Origin: Neocallimastix sp. 'constans'
Taxonomy: Eukaryota
DNA: 64,000 bases
NCBI GenBank assembly: GCA_050613775.1
Contig: JBODTK010000111.1
Location: forward strand, 248,001 to 312,000
Direction: 5' to 3'
The notes beneath the pieces were generated by a model that did no database searches, had not been told where the DNA came from, and saw only the letters and a list, made by a program, of their open reading frames with translations. Shown one piece after another: positions 1-17,132 of this stretch. A program made the position numbers and the translations under genes. Within the stretch, counting starts at the first letter, position 1. Each line of letters starts with the position of its first letter.

Positions 1-656
1 TTAGTTATTTATTTATTTATTAATAATTTATGTATTTACTTTTATTTTTTCTATAATAAATTATATTATTAAATTATTAATTATCATTTTTGAATTAAAA
101 AAACCTTATTTGGTTAAATTAATCTTTTTTTTTTTTCTGTTTTGCTTTTTGTTTTGTTTTCCATTTAATATTTTTATGTTTGCCACCATCATTGAGTCTA
201 AATAGAAAAATATTTTTTTTTTTAGGTTCTACAAAAATCAAAAAAAAAAAAAAAAAATAAAATAAAATAAAATAAAATAAAATAAAAAAAATAAAGGTTA
301 CTTTTAATCCTTTCTGACCAATGAACAACTCTTATCACAGCTTTGTTTATTGATTGATACATTAAGCTTTTACCATTCAAAAAAATAAAATATTCAAATA
401 AAAAATTTTTTCTAATATTAACTTTATTTATATTTAATAATTTATACTTTTATTAAAATATAGTAAAATAAAAAATTATTATTGAAATATAATATAATAT
501 TTTTTTTAAAAGATATGGGAAAATATTTTTCTCATTTATTCATTTATTATTCATTATTTATAATTTATTCATTATTTATAATTTATTATTTGTTATTTAT
601 TAATTAACTATGCTATTTATTATTTTTTTTTTATTTAATTATTTTAAACTAACTAT

Positions 657-687
<31 letters not shown>

Positions 688-2753
688 TTTCTATTTTAAT
701 TATGAATATTTTTTCTCATTCCAATTAAATAGTATTTATTAAATAGACAATTTTTTTTTAAATTTTTTTTTTTGATATATGAACAATAGATAAAATTTAA
801 AATTTAAATCTAATTTATTAAAGTTTGATATATTTGTTTATAATGTAATATATTATATAATGAATGGGATGATAATGATGAAAAGAACAATACTAATTCA
901 ATTATTACAAAGAGAGAGGATAAAAATAATAATAAAAAAATTTTTTTTTCTTTTCAATATAATTAAATAAATTATTCCTTTATATATAATTAATTAATTA
1001 ATATAAAAAAATATTAAAAAAAAAAAATTCAAAGACAGAAAATTAATAAAATAATAATTAATATATTAATTTGGAATAAAATGATGATTTTATTATTTAT
1101 AAAGTATTATAAGTATTAAATATGAATTTATAAATTTATTCAAATAAATAAATAAATATAAGAGAAAATATTATAAGCTTAATTATACTAATAGATTAAA
1201 GAAATGTTGTTTAACAATATATATAAATAAATTATTTCAATCAAAGATTTTTATAGTATATAAAAAAAATAAAAAAAAATTTTTTTAATTTTTAATCCAC
1301 TTTTAAATTACAATAAAATTTAATAAATATATAGTATTCATTCCTTTTATAGATATAGAAAATTATTACATATTTATTATAATCTTTATTTATTATTTAT
1401 TATCTATTATTTATTAAATTATATTATATATTACATATATTATATTATATATTATATATTATATATTTTATTTTGTATAGAGGATTAATACCTATTAAAA
1501 AATTTATATAGTTATAATATTATTATAAATATATTTTATATATGTGAATTTCATGCTTTCCTAATATATCAAATAAATAAAAATTATTTTTCTTTTAAAA
1601 TTTTTTGATTTAATATTTTTTTTATTTATTTAAAGTTTAATTAGTCTATAATTAGAAATTTTTTTTTAATTATGTATAAACTTTATTAAAAAAAAATTAA
1701 ATAAATAAATTAAATAAATAAATATAAAGTTTATCATTATAGAATTTATAATAGAATAAATTATAAATTAAAACCTCTTTTTTTAATCTATTAATATTCA
1801 ATCTATTGATGAATATACAATATCAAAAAAAAAAAAAAAAAAACATATTCATAGTAATTAAATTATAAACTGACATAGTATATTTATGATATATATTAAT
1901 ATATTATAAATTTATTTAAAAATCATAAATTAAAAAAAAATTAAAAAATAAAATAAAAAAAATTTTTTTTTTTTTTAATATTTAATATAAATATATATTA
2001 TTATAAATAAATCAATAGAAATATTATATATATTATATAGTATTTAATAAAAATATATAAATATAGAGTATATATATATTATATAGTATTTAATAAAAAT
2101 ATATAAATATAGAGTGTATATATATAGAATAAATAAAAAATGATTTAGGATATATAATGATGTTTATATTTCAATAAAATAAAAATATATATTCATTGGA
2201 TTCATATATATATATATATAATAAAATAAAAATAAATCCATTAAATAAAATAAAAAAAAAATTTTTTTTTGTTGTTGTTGAATTAATTTATTATTATTAT
2301 TATTTCATAAGTTCATAGTTCATAGTTCCTATTTTTTTTTTTTTTTTTAATTCTAAATTAAAAAAATTTAAATAGACTTTTTTTTTTTTAAAAAAAATCC
2401 TCCTCCTCCTCCTATTTTTATTTTTATTTTTATTCATGATTCAATATGACAACTTCTTATTAAAAAATAAAAAAATAAAATGGGTTACACCTTGAACTCA
2501 CAAAAAAAAAAAAAAATAAATAAATAATAATAATATTCTTTCTTTTTTTTTTTTTTTTTTTATAATTGAAAAAAGTTTTTAACGACGATTTTTTTTTTTT
2601 TAAAGTTTTTTTTTTTTTTTTTATTTGTATATTTTAAATAAAATAAATTAGGTTACTTAATAATTTATAAAAAATTGTTTTTTTTTGATATGTATAAAGA
2701 ATGAAAAAAAAAAATTTTTGTACTATTGACTTTTTTTTTTTATTTTTTTTTTT

Positions 2754-2789
<36 letters not shown>

Positions 2790-3612
2790 ATATTTCTATT
2801 TTCTATATATGTTTTTTTTTTTTTTTTTTTTCTCTTTTTTTTTTTTGACCAACATTCCCAGATAATGTATGACTAAAACTATAGGACGATCATATAGATT
2901 ATATATATATTTATTATAACAATTTATATAGATTTAAAAGTAAAAAAAAAAAAATAATACTATTATGAAAAAAAAATTCACTTTTTTTTTTTTTTTTTTA
3001 TCCTATCTAATTTTACTCTTAATATATAAATTTAAAAAAAAAATAAAATAAAATAAATTTTTTAAATATTTTTTTTAAGTGTGCTAAAAAAAAAAAAAAA
3101 AATAATGAATTTAATGTTTTTTCTTTTTTAAATTGAATTTCTATATTGAATAAAAAAAAATTTTTTTTTTTTTGTATTATAATATGATTTAATAATAAAA
3201 AAAAGATTGGTTTTATTTATGTTTTGATCTGTTTTTTTTTTTTCTTTATAATTCTTTTTTTTTTTTTTTTTTTCTTTTCTTTTTTTTTAAAATAAAAATT
3301 ATCAAAAAAAATAAAAAAAAAAAAAAAAAAAGATTGAATAGCAATATTAAATAATATTATATTAAAATATATATATATATAACTAAAAAAAAAAAAGTAA
3401 AATAAATAGAAAAAAAAAAAACTTTTTAAAATAAAGAAAAATATAATTTTATAAAAATTAAAAAAAATATATATATATATTATTTTAAATAGTATACACA
3501 TTTATATAATATCATATTAATATTAATTATAACATCTAATAGTTATTTTAATTTTTATAATTATCTTCAAATTCACTTAAATCTTTTCTCTTTTCTTTCT
3601 TTTTCCTTTTTC

Positions 3613-3643
<31 letters not shown>

Positions 3644-3848
3644 ATATTTTATCTTAAATGTATCATTACAATATTGGAATATTTATTATAAAAAAATTTA
3701 TAAAAAAAAAAAAAAAAAGAAAAAAAGAAAAAAAGTATAAATATAAAATAAAAATTATATATATTACTTTAAAAAAATAAAGATTTTTAAATTCCCTTGT
3801 TTATGTATTTTATATATATTGGTTTAATTTATACAAAATGTGTTAATT

Positions 3849-5567
3849 TTAATTAAAAGTGGAAAGTTTGTTGGTCGTTACTTGTTGGGTTGTAGCCATT
3901 TTGGTATAAGGTAACGGAGGTAAATTTATGTTAGTAGCTACATTTTTTACGGTATCATTCACATTACTAGCACTGACTGTATTGGTTACTCCTGGAACTT
4001 GAACAGCAGCCGCTGAAGACACTTGGTTTAATGGATCATTTATACTAGCTTGTGTTACTGCAGTGGTTACCGAAATAGATTGTGATTGAGATGGTGATGG
4101 TGGTAAGTTAGCAGTATTATCTAAATTTGCACTAACAGCATCAGTTGCTGCATTACTTGTGTGGTTTAATGATTTTATCATTGTGTTTGATGGAAAATAA
4201 GAGGAACTAGAACTACTATCTACTATTGGGTTTTGAATACCTATTGGTGGTGGTAAAGCAAATCTATTATCTGAACAACTTTGATCTGAAGTTTCTTCAG
4301 ATGTAGCTGTTGCATTTACTGCACCATTACTTTGACGTAAATGTTGATTTGATACAGGTGATGGAGGAATAGACTGATTACCACTTGAGCGACGAGAATG
4401 GTTATAAACAGCTGTTTGTGGATAAGCTTGTTGTGGAAGACGATTTGCTGAACGTGAGGTTGGAGATACTGAATAACCTTGATAAACATTTCTAGCATGT
4501 GAGGTTGGTGATGGCGGTAAATATTGTTCTCTTCCATATGCCTGTCCTGCACCAATTCTATTTGGCATAAGTGGTGGACGTGCATATGGGTGGGATCGTT
4601 CAGCATAGTGATGATGACCTACTGCTGCACGGTAAGGATATCTATCAACACTCCAACCCTCTACTTGTGGTGGAGTTGGTTGATTATCTAAATAACGTGG
4701 TGATGGTGCACGAGATTGATAATTTTGTGCATGTTGATATGAAGAATGTTGTGTTTGTTGATAATCATTTGAAGGAGGCGTACGATAATGAATATTATGT
4801 TGATACATTTCTCTTTCATAATCTGTTGCATTAGCAGTTGGTTGAACATTTACAATATCAGTAGAAGGTAATGCAAGTGGTTGGTATTGAGCTTGTCTAT
4901 GTGCTTGAGCAGCTTGTTGTCCTTCAATACCTCTAACATTTGGATCACAATAGAAATATCCCATTGATCCATTAACAGTTGGTACAGTTTCAGGAACAAA
5001 TTCTGGATATAATTCACTTGGAATGCTTATACTAGTATATTCATGTAATTCTGATGGAATAGGTAATCTTGCATTATCAAAATCTTCTCTTGAATAATAT
5101 GAAACTAAATGTTGTCTTTTATTATTAGCAGTACAAATAGATAATGCTTTTTTTATTAAGCCATCCTCTTTTACACCCGAGGGAGCTTCTTCATTTCCAG
5201 AATTATTCATATTCTTTCTTTTACTTGTTGGTTCCATTTCCTTTATTATTATTATTATTATTATATTTATAAATTTATATTAATATATATTATTTAAAAA
5301 TAATTCTTTTAAATATTACTAATTATATACCTTGTATATTAAAAATGATCCATGAATTCTAGATGGTGACCAAGTTTTTCCATCTGTCCAACGTTTAATT
5401 CCTGATTCTTCTTCATCCCATATAAATACTGAACCCGAAACTACTTGGGATAAACGTTCAGATTCAGATAGACGTCTTTGAATACGTTTAAGCTTACCAA
5501 TACGACATGCTTCAAATAAAAGTAAAGCATCATTAGTAGTTTGAACAAAACCATAGAAAGTTTGCAT
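3849..5567 (-). CDS. WOPR-domain (Gti1/Pac2, Wor1/Ryp1-like) transcription factor, 2 exons, ~542 aa
   Basis: Exon 1 (5567-5331) gives MQTFYGFVQTTNDALLLFEAC...RRLSESER...SGSVFIWDEEESGIKRWTDGKTWSPSRIHGSFLIYK, the WOPRa motif. GT-AG intron 5330-5241. Exon 2 (5240-3849) continues EME...GLIKKALSI...HLVSYY (WOPRb), followed by a P/S/Q/Y-rich low-complexity tail. Confidence 0.93.
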
Positions 5568-6949
5568 TTTTACCACTATATATTTATTCAATTTAAAAAT
5601 AAATATTCATTAGCCTTATTTCTAATATATAACACGTTTTTAAATTTATTTGATCTATCATAATGAACTTACGTTATACCAATATGTAAAACTAATTCTA
5701 TATAGACTTGCTCTTTGATATTACTTAAAATATATTTGAAATATTAAAAAAAAATAATAAACTATTTTGAAGTAATATTTAATTATGTTAAAAAGCAAGT
5801 ATTGATTTTAAGCTACAAATTACACGTCTTGCTCTATATTTAATATTATATTTTGGTCAAAAAAAAATAAAAACAGTTTATATTAAATAAATAATTCTTT
5901 TCCTTTTTTTTTTTTTTTTTTTGATAATTTACAAATATTTACTATTTATAAATAAATTTTCTTTAATTATTGTATTGATTGAATAATAATAATTTTAATA
6001 AATAATTATACTATGATACGCATTAATTTATTATTTTTAAATATATATATAGTAATTTATTCTATGATGAATATATGATAATTGATTTGTTTTTAAAAAA
6101 ACTGCCTGAAATATTTTATATTATATGTAATTTTTTTTATGTTTTAATACATTATTCTTTTTTACATATAATTTCTATTATTATGTTATGGAATCATATT
6201 CCTATTTATATATTCAAGTATTGTTTAATTTATTTTCATATATAAACTTCTAATTATAAATATTTATTTTAGCTTTTTATAAAAAAAAAATAATAATTAT
6301 TAAAACAAATACTAAAAATTAAGTTTTTTTTTAAAATGAATATATATTTTATTTGTAATAATAAATAAAAAAAGAAAAAAGAAAAAGAAAAAAAATTTAT
6401 GAAATAAATTTTAAACTATTTTATTACACTTAAATTTTAATTATATAATTATATTATATTACTAATATATTATAATTAACTGTAGAATATATAACTATAT
6501 TTGTATATATTACGAATATAAAAATATTGACTTTAAACAAATGAAAATTTTATAGAAAATTTTTTAAGTTTACTATATATTAGATTATAATTTAATTATA
6601 TATTAATTTAATTTATATATGATTATATAACACAATATAGTCTAATATAAATCTATCATTTTACATATTACATTAAAATATACTAACAGATTATCGAAAT
6701 ATTTTTCTATTTACTATATATTTTATTTATATTTAATACGTATATTCCTGTTTATATAAATATATGTTATTAAAATATATAAAATTAACTTTTTCTTTTT
6801 TAATATTATTTAATATATATATTATTTATTTATAATAATTTATGGATGAATTTATTTTAATATAGTTCTAAACCTCTATTGCTCAATATAACTTATTTAA
6901 TTATAATTATACTGTTTATACTGTTTAAATCATAATTATGGATATTGTT

Positions 6950-7033
<84 letters not shown>

Positions 7034-9940
7034 TATAAATAAAATAATATATGGATAATGGATATTTTTTATTATTATTAAATTTAAAATTTTTTTTTTT
7101 TTTTTAATTTTTAATTATAATTACCTTTATAAATTTTCGTTACTTATTATTAGATATATTATTAGTTACTATACACAATACCACTATGTTTTATTCTTTC
7201 ACTAGCTTAATGTGTATATATTTTTTTTTGTTCTATGAAATTTTAATAATATAAAAATATATGTATATATGTATATATATATGAATATAAAATAATCATT
7301 AATAACATGAATAAAATATTTAAAAATAATTTTTTATTATTAGTTATTTCTTTTTACATAAAACTATTATTCATACTTCCATTATATTAAATATTTAATA
7401 ATATCATAACTATTAATTTTAATTATATACAAATTAAAATATATACCTTTTAAATTAGAATAATTAATTATTTATTTATATTATTAAGTTTTCGTATTTC
7501 CTTCAATTCAAAATATTTTATTTTATTATTACTTTTTCAATTAATATTTATATATATTGTTACTTTATATTATATGTCTGTAACTTTTCTTATTTCATAT
7601 AATATTTATTTGTATAATATAATATTGTTTTTATTTTCAAATTATTAGCTGTTTATTGAACTTTAAAAATTATTATAAAAAACGAAATAAAAAAAAATAA
7701 AAAAGAAAAGAAAAAAAAATTATAAAAAGGAATATCTATTATATATATATGTAACTTTTATTTCACTAAAATTCATCTACAAATTATGCTGTTTTTGTTT
7801 TATTAAAATTTAATTATTATTTAAACTTATATTAATAATAAAAATAAGCTATTTTATTAATATTATAATATTAATTATGAAATTATTTACAATTTAATAA
7901 TAAAAAAAATTTTTTTTTTTATTAATTATTTTTTTTTATATATAAAATATTTATTAATATTTCTAATTAATAATTATTTAATAATTATAATATTAAAAAA
8001 TTATAATTAATATTTAAATTGGTTTATTTTATTTAATTATTTAAATAAATTAGATTAATGGATTTTTATTAAAACTATTCAGTAAGAGTTAATAGGATTA
8101 ATGCATAAATAAAATTTAAAAAGTATTAAAAAAAATAAATAATAATACATATATTATTTCAAATTTATTTATTTTTTTTTTTTTTTAAATAATCAAAAAT
8201 ATATATATTTATATTAAAAAGTTTTTAATGATATAACAAAAAAATAACACACAATAGTATTTAAATATGAAAAAAGCTCAATAACTATATCTATAATGTT
8301 ATAGTATTAAATATGATATAATACATAATTTGATACTAATGTTAAAAAATATAGTTTTGTTTATTAATAGTTCTACATTAATACATTATTTTATAATATA
8401 TGACTATAATATCAATCAACTCTTTTAAATATATAAATATTTATATATTTTAAATTGAGTAAAAATGAGTTTACTAAGATTTATTAATTCTGTGTTAAAT
8501 AAAATAAATACTTTAATTAAATACTATTATTATTATTATTATTATTTTTACTTTTAATATTATTAATATTTATATCATATATATATATATATTTTTTTTA
8601 TTTTATTATTTTATTTTTTTTATTATTATTATTATTATTGTTATTATTATTTCTTTATTATTTATTATTTATTATTTATTATTTTTAATTAAAAATTAAA
8701 CTTATTAAAATTAAAAAAAAAAAAATAAAATAAAATATAAAAAAAAAATAAAGAATAAAAATATTATTTATTTATTAAAAATATATTTATAATTTAATAA
8801 AATATATAAACTATAAAATGTTTCAATATATATATATTTGCTATTTATTATATTGATAATATATGTATTAATTCAAAATTTTATATGGATATGTGAAAAT
8901 TTTTAAAGATTTAAATAAAAAATTTTAATTAATAGTTTTATAGAATGAAAATAAGTTTTTTTAATTAATAAAATATTTTAGTTTTAATTTTTTATTTTAA
9001 AACTTTTTATTTTTTAAATTATTATAATTGAATTTATAAAATTAAAAATATTTATAATTTAAAATTAATAAATAAATAAGAATTATTAAGAAATATGTAT
9101 ATATATATAAAGAATTGATATAGTTAATTTTGATTTTTTTCTTAATTCTAAATTTATATATTGCTTTATTTATTATTTCCTTAAAATTTTATTAAAATAT
9201 TTATATATTTATTGTATTATCATATTAAATTTATTTGATTCTATACAATTCATATATTTCAATTATCTATCAAAAATTAAATATAATCATTACCTATTAG
9301 TTAAAAATAATAATAGTAATTACTAAACTTTTCTATTGAATGAAAAAAAAAAAAAAAAAAAAAAGATTATTAATTTAATAACTTTAAATCCGGATCATTA
9401 GATTATATATTATATATTATTTCTATTATTTTAAATACCTTTAATAATTATATTTTCATAAAAAAAATTCAAATAAGGAAATTAAACGATTTAAAATATA
9501 TAAAAAAGATAATATTAATATTAAAACCAAAACACTATCTAAGTAAAAAAATTTACTAAAGTCAATAATTTTATTAATTATTCTTATTTTTTTTATCATG
9601 TAAAACATAAAAAGTAATAAAAGTAAATCAGTAAATTTAAATGTATAAAATTATGTTTGCCTATTCTTCTGTAAATTTGATTTCTTGACAAAATAAGCAA
9701 TTAAATAAAATATTTTAAGCTAAATAATAAAATATTCCTTTATATATATATATATATATATTTATACATTTTTATTACTATTATTAATATTATACATTAT
9801 ATCTAGAATCAATTTAATTATTACTACATATTCTAAACTTCAAAATAATTGATATAATTGTAAATTACAGAATTAATTATAGAATTACTATTTATAATTA
9901 AAAATATTATTGATAATTCAAATATATTGAATTTTAAAAA

Positions 9941-9974
<34 letters not shown>

Positions 9975-11833
9975 AAAAAAAATATTAAAGTTGAGCTATA
10001 TTATTACAATACTATTACATTAAATTTAAAACATAATTATTTATTGAATTAACTTTGAATAAAAAAAAAAATTCATTATATTATATTTACATTATTACAT
10101 TATGTTATATTTATATATTTATATTATATATTATTAAAAACTTTTTTTTAAAAAAAAAAAATTCCTAATTATTTTCATGACAAATACAAATACTATGAAA
10201 TATAGATTATACGGAACTCTCTAACTTTACATATTTTACATATAAAAATTATAATACTTTCTCTTAATCTCACCAACATTTAAAATGAATTGATAATAAA
10301 ATTAGAATATATATATTTTTAAAGATGAATTAAAAATCAATAAATAAATATTCTATTCATTTTTTTTTTTCTTTTTTTTTTTTTTAATATATATAAAATA
10401 TTAACAATTAATTATGAATATATGAATATATTTATTTTAAGTGTAAAAAGTTAAAATATAATTAATATAATAATTTAAAATTATATATAATTTTAATTTA
10501 ATTAGATTTTAAAAAAGCGATAAAATAATGCTACAACATTTTTTTATATGGAAATAAACAATTAATAAGATTTTTTAATATAATGAGATGTGAATTTATT
10601 TAGCTGTAACTAAAATATTAAATACGTAATTTTATATCATTTACAATATAAACTATATATATCTATTTTTATTTATTTTTAACTATAAATATTATTTGAT
10701 TTATATCTTTTTTAATAAACAAAAATAATTAATTTAAATTTAAAGTTTTAATATATATTTCTTATTTGTCTATTAACCATCCATCAAGTTAAGTAATATA
10801 TATTCTATTTGATAATTTTAATTTCTATTTAGTAGATAAACTATAAATTTAATAATAAGCTAATAATAATATAAATTTAATAATAAATAACAAATTTAAA
10901 AAAGACTATTAATATTTTTATATAATATATAAATTTATTACTAGAATTATGACAATATGAATATTTCGATTAAATATTTTTTATATTGATATATACTTAA
11001 ATTGAATTGCATAATTTTTTTTTATCTTTAATTTTATTATCAAAAAAAAAAAGTAAAAAATATAAAAATAAATAATTTCAATTATTCAGCATAAAATGTA
11101 TTTATTTATTTATTTATTATAGTTATAAATTTCTATTATTTGTTTGTTTTGTTTTGTTTTTTATTATTTTAGTTAAATATATATGCATTTATGTTTTTGA
11201 ATTTTTTTTTTTTTTAAAAAAATATATATATATATAAATTCTGTTATGATTGATTAAACAAATTTTAAATATTAAAAAAGTTGAGTTTAAAAACTATAAA
11301 GTAATAATTTATTTATAATAATTAAAAAATAAATCCAATTCATTAATTAATCGAAATAAAAAAATAATTTTTTAATGTCTAATATTAGGTATTCCCAAAA
11401 AAAAAATGAAAAAAAAAAAAAAGTGAATAATCTTTTTTTCATTATTATATCTATTTGAAAAAAAATATTCTAGTCTTATAATTCCCAAAATTTCAGAAAA
11501 TTAATAAAGTTATATTTTGTATTTCTTTTCCTAACTATATATTACCCTTAAATAAAACATGATAATTTATAAATGATTAAAACTTTTTTTTTATTATTCT
11601 ATTATTTTTAGTGATTTACTTTAATTCATAAGTTACAAGTTATATTATTAATTTATTTATTTATTAATATATTAATTATTTATTCATTTATTCATTTATT
11701 TATTCATTAGAATTAATACTATTGATTATTATGATTATGATTATTTATTATTATAAATTAAAAACTAACTTTCAATTCTTAATATTTTTATTAAAAAAAA
11801 AATCATATTAAAAATATGTTTATTATATTTTGA

Positions 11834-12004
11834 ATGATGTAGTTGTCAATAATATATATATATATTTATATATATATGATGTAGTTGTCAATAATATATA
11901 TATATATTTATATATATATGATGTAGTTGTCAATAATATATATATATATTTATATATATATGATGTAGTTGTCAATAATATATATATATTTATATATATA
12001 TATG
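11834..12004. repeat. Minisatellite, ~42-bp unit x4
   Basis: Unit atgatgtagttgtcaataat(at)n tttat(at)n repeated four times. It explains the spurious ORF 11830-12027. Confidence 0.9.
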
Positions 12005-12899
12005 ATTATAGCAATAATTTATTTTAGAAAAATATGCTTTTTTAATAATAATAAAAAAAAAAAAAAAAAAAAAAAAGAAAAAAAGAAATCTTTAATGAAT
12101 CAAATTAAAAAATAAAAATTATATAAAACATAAAAGTATTTAGATATTATAAAATTATAATTAAAATAATGATATATATTTTAAACATATTTAAATTATT
12201 ACAAAGTATTAGAATTTAGCATATTATTTACTTTAATATAAAAATTAAAATTAAAGTCTATATTCAAATAAAAATTGGAGAAAATAATTTATAAAAAAAA
12301 AATTATTCATTTTTTTTATTATTATAGAATATAATAACTATAATTGACAACAAATAGGGAAATAGTATTAAAGTCAAAATATTTATTTATGTAATTAACA
12401 AATTATTTAAATTAAAAATTTATAAAAATATACAACTAATTTAACTATGTATATTTCATATTTAAGGATTAATATTAATTAAATTTTCAAAGCTTTAATA
12501 TTATAAGATACACTAATTACGAAATAAAGTAAAATTTGTCCTTAAGAAAACAATATATTCATACATTTATTTTATATATTTATATTTATTAAAAAATTAA
12601 ATATATATATTTATTGATCATTTATTTCAATAAAACCTTACTTCAATATTATACTTTTCGATATTTATTTTTAATTAGTATAATTAATAATATTAAAATA
12701 ATTATTCTTATATAATATAAATTAAATTAAAAATTCGTATATTCAATAAACCAATAATAGATGTATGACCATTTTATTAATATAATTTTATCGAACAATT
12801 ATTTATCAAATACTTTGTTACAATTACTTCAATATTTATGGAATTAAACATTAAGATAAATAAAATTATTAATATTTATTAAAATTAATTTGATATTTG

Positions 12900-12949
<50 letters not shown>

Positions 12950-15900
12950 TTATTTGTTATATTTGATTTTATTAATAATTTGTTAAAATAAGATATAATC
13001 AATTAATAAATTAAAGCAACTTTATTTTTAATTGAATTACCAAATAAACTTACTAAAGTCTATATATGAATTTATTGTTTAAATATTAATTAAAAATTAC
13101 AATTCAGTAAAATTAATTATATATAACATATGGATTTAATAGCTATTTTACATATTTTAATATAAAAAAATTTAATTATATCTTATGATATAATTCAGAA
13201 CATTTTTTCTTATAATCTTTTTTTTAATTTTTTTTTTTTTTTTTTTAATTCATCATTAATATTAATTAAAAAACAAAGAATTTTTAACATATAATCATTT
13301 CAGTTAATAAAAAAATTTTTGAGTTATATAAAAAGAATATCTATTATTAATTAATAAAAATGAAAAAGCTTTAAAGTCATATTTTTATACAATACTATAT
13401 AATTATTAACTTGAATTTGTAAAATTAAATAACACAAAATATATACATTAATAAAATACATATAATATATAATACTCCTAATATATAAATTTTATATCAA
13501 AAGTCTTTAATTATAATAATTATTCTTTATGATATTTTTAAACTTTATAATATTATAATTGTTTAAAGTATTTCATAAAACATTTTCTGTTTGAGTGGTA
13601 TAATTTTTAGTAGACATTAAATATATATACTCTTCATTTTTATAATTTTTAAATTTATTGGCCATTATTAAAATATAAAAAATAAATTATTAGTATTTAT
13701 ATAAAAAAATTATATTTTGTAAATTTAAAAATATATATATATATATATATATAATAAGGAAAATTTTTTTTTCTTTGCATTTTTATCTTTTTTTTTTCCT
13801 TTTTTCCTTTTTCTTTTTGACTATAGAATTTTATAATACAATATAACTTTAATTGTAAATTTTAAATTTAGGTTATTTCTATAATCATAATAATTATTTT
13901 TCATCATGAACTATAAGAATTTTATAAAAATTTTTTAATTATTAAAGAAATATATTAAAAAAGTATTTTGTTCTTATTTTTTTATTAAAAAAAAAATAGT
14001 AATAATAATATTAAATTTTAAAAAACAACAAAACTTCAATTAATATTAAAACATTATAATAAAATTATTAAAAAAAATTCAATTTATTGATTATGAAAAT
14101 AAAATATAATATTAGGAAATGAGCTTAATTTAAAATGAAATTTACATATTTTTCCCTTACTAATAATAAAATAACATATATGTTTTACTTATTTTTATTA
14201 ATCATATTAAAAAAATTTTCTTTTTATATCATTACAAAAAAGAATATTACTATTGAAGTATTATAATATTATAAATCATAAATGTTTTATTAATTAATAA
14301 TAAAAGAAACTATTTATTTATTTAAATATATTAAAGCTTTAAAAATTATATAAAATTACAGTATAAGGAATATTTTAATATTTAATATTAATAGTATTAA
14401 TTTTCATAAATGCATAATTTTTAATTTTATTAAATAAAAGAAAAAAAATTTTTTTTATATAAATATTATTTTAATTAAAAAGATTAAAAAAAAAAAATCA
14501 TATCATTTATATTTAAGGTTCAAATAAATATTGCTTTATTAATTAAAAAATTTAAATTAAAAAAAATTTTAAAATTCATGGAGAAATAAAAAAAAAAAAA
14601 AAATTTCACTCCCATTTCATTTTATATATACATCTAATAAAAGTATATGTATAAGTAAAATAAATAATTACTTCCAGATAAATTATAACTAACCTGTATC
14701 ATTTTTATCATTTAACATTAAGTAAACTAAAATATCATATTTTTATTAAATTTATTTTAAATTATTAAAAATATACTTAAATACTATCTTTAAAAAGTAT
14801 TTTGTTCTAAATTCTTTAATGGAAATTCTAGTTTATAATATATATAAATTAATTCTAAAAATTATAAATTAAGAAGAAGCTTTAATGAATAATATATATT
14901 CAGATGATTGAAAAACTTAATACATTAATAACAGTTAAATAAAAGTAATGAAATTAAATATAATATAAAATATATTAGTATTTTTCCTTATTAATTATAA
15001 AATAATATTATATATGATTTGATTGAATTTTTTATCAATCTAAATTGAAGTATTTTAAATTATAATAATACAAAAAATATTACTTTTATTTATCTTATTA
15101 GTTATTATATTACTTTAAATTATATTTGTAACTATTTTATAAATTTTTAAAAAAGATACCTCTAAATATTTATTTAAAACTATTCCATTCATACAATAAT
15201 GAAATATACAAAAAAAAAGAAAGAAGAATAATTATAAATTTATATTTTCTGTCATATAGTTTATAATAAAATTTATTTAATAAATAATTAATATTATTAA
15301 TATTTTATATTATCATCATCTGTCTTAAAATTTATAATTAATATACCAATATATCAATATATTATTTTTTTTTCATAATAATATTATTATATATACCAGC
15401 GGCATTTTAAGTTAATAGTTTATACTTTTGTAATAAAAAACTATATTTATGCTTATATATATATTATTACTCATAGTATTTTTTTAATATATAAAAAAAA
15501 AATTAATTTTATATTATTTATTAAAATATTTTAAAATTTAAAATAATTTAAAAAAGGAACATAATATTAAAAAAAAAAAAATACTAATTTTATATAATAT
15601 TATTTATTAAAATATTTTAAAATTTAAAATTATTTAAAAAGGAACAAGTTAAATCAAAATTTATTTTATTTCCCGTTCTACTATTTATATAAAATAAAAT
15701 AAAAATATTTATTATAAATAAGAATAAATTATTATTTCCAGATAAATTTTAATTTGCCTATATCATATTTGTCATTAACTTTTAAAAAAAAAATCATATT
15801 TTAATTAGATTACTTTAAATTAATAAAAAAGCATATTTAAAAAGTATATTTACAAAGTATATTTAAGAAGTATATTTAAAAAGTATTTATTTTATTCTAA

Positions 15901-17132
15901 ATCTTTTAATAGAAATTCCAATTTTAAATATATATAAATTAATAAAAGTTATATATTGAATAAAAGCTTTAATAAAAAATATAATTAGTTATCAATAAAA
16001 AAAGAAATAATAAGACAATTGGGATATTTTATATATATATATATATATATTATTTCTTAATTAAAAAATGAATTATTTCAAGATAAATTAAAATTAGCCT
16101 ATATATTTTAGTCATTAACTTTAAAGAAACTAAATACCATATTTTCAATAAAATTATTTTAAATTATTAAAAAAGCATATTTAAAAGTATATTTTGTTTT
16201 TAATCCTTTAATAGATATTCTAATTTATAATATATTTATATATAGGTTTATACTAAAAATTTAAGTAAAAACTGTCTCATAAGTTAATATTTTTTTTTTA
16301 TAAAACTTAATAATTATATAATATATATATGTTATTACTGGTGTTATTTCTCATATAGTGTAGTATATTATATTTAAATAAATTAATTAAAACAAAACAA
16401 ATAAATATAAAAGCTTAAAAAAATATTTTTTTCTTTACTTTTATCTTAATTTTTTATTTTAAAAGAATATCTTAATTATTACAAATCAATGTTAATTAAT
16501 AAAATAATTAAATAGATATATATATATATAATAAATTCAAATAAAATTTCATCTACATTCTACACTTTATATAAAAAAGAATAAAATATTTATTTATTAA
16601 TTTATAAATAAGTATTTATCTTCAAATAAACTGTAACATTTTTATCAATAACTTTAAAAAAAAATATTATTTTACATTATTAAAAAAAAAAAACATATCA
16701 AAAAAGTATATTTAAAATGTATTTTGTTTTAAATCTTTTAATAAAAATTCTAATTTAAATATATATATACCAAAAACAATAAATTAAATAAAAGCTTTAA
16801 TAAATAATATTTTTTTTTATCATATTTGAATTATAAAAATAAAAAATAAAAATAAACTTACTTAAAAAGTTTATTTAAAAAGTCTTTTATTCTAAATCTT
16901 TTAACAAAAATTCCAATTTACAAAAATATATACATAAATTAATATAAAAAATTAAAAATTCAGTATAGGCTTTAATGAATAATATAATTTAATTATTAAA
17001 AATTCAATATATTAATAAAAAAAAAATAAAAATAAAGTAAAAATATAAAATAAATATAAAAAATAAAATAATTAGGTTATATTTCATGAATTTTTAATAT
17101 TTCCTTATAAATTATAAAAAAATATATAACTT

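Noticed and set aside
119..3501. ORFs 119-328 and 3217-3501 (also 58342-58533, 58676-58870, 59732-59953, 22490-22696, 11830-12027)
   Set aside because: Translations of homopolymers, microsatellites or minisatellites.
4316..4834. Overlapping ORFs inside the WOPR gene (likewise 23809-24504, 29091-29321 and 38792-38983 in other genes)
   Set aside because: Alternate-frame or antisense shadows of real exons.
12300..13700. Possible decayed coding remnant
   Set aside because: No interpretable translation could be recovered by eye.
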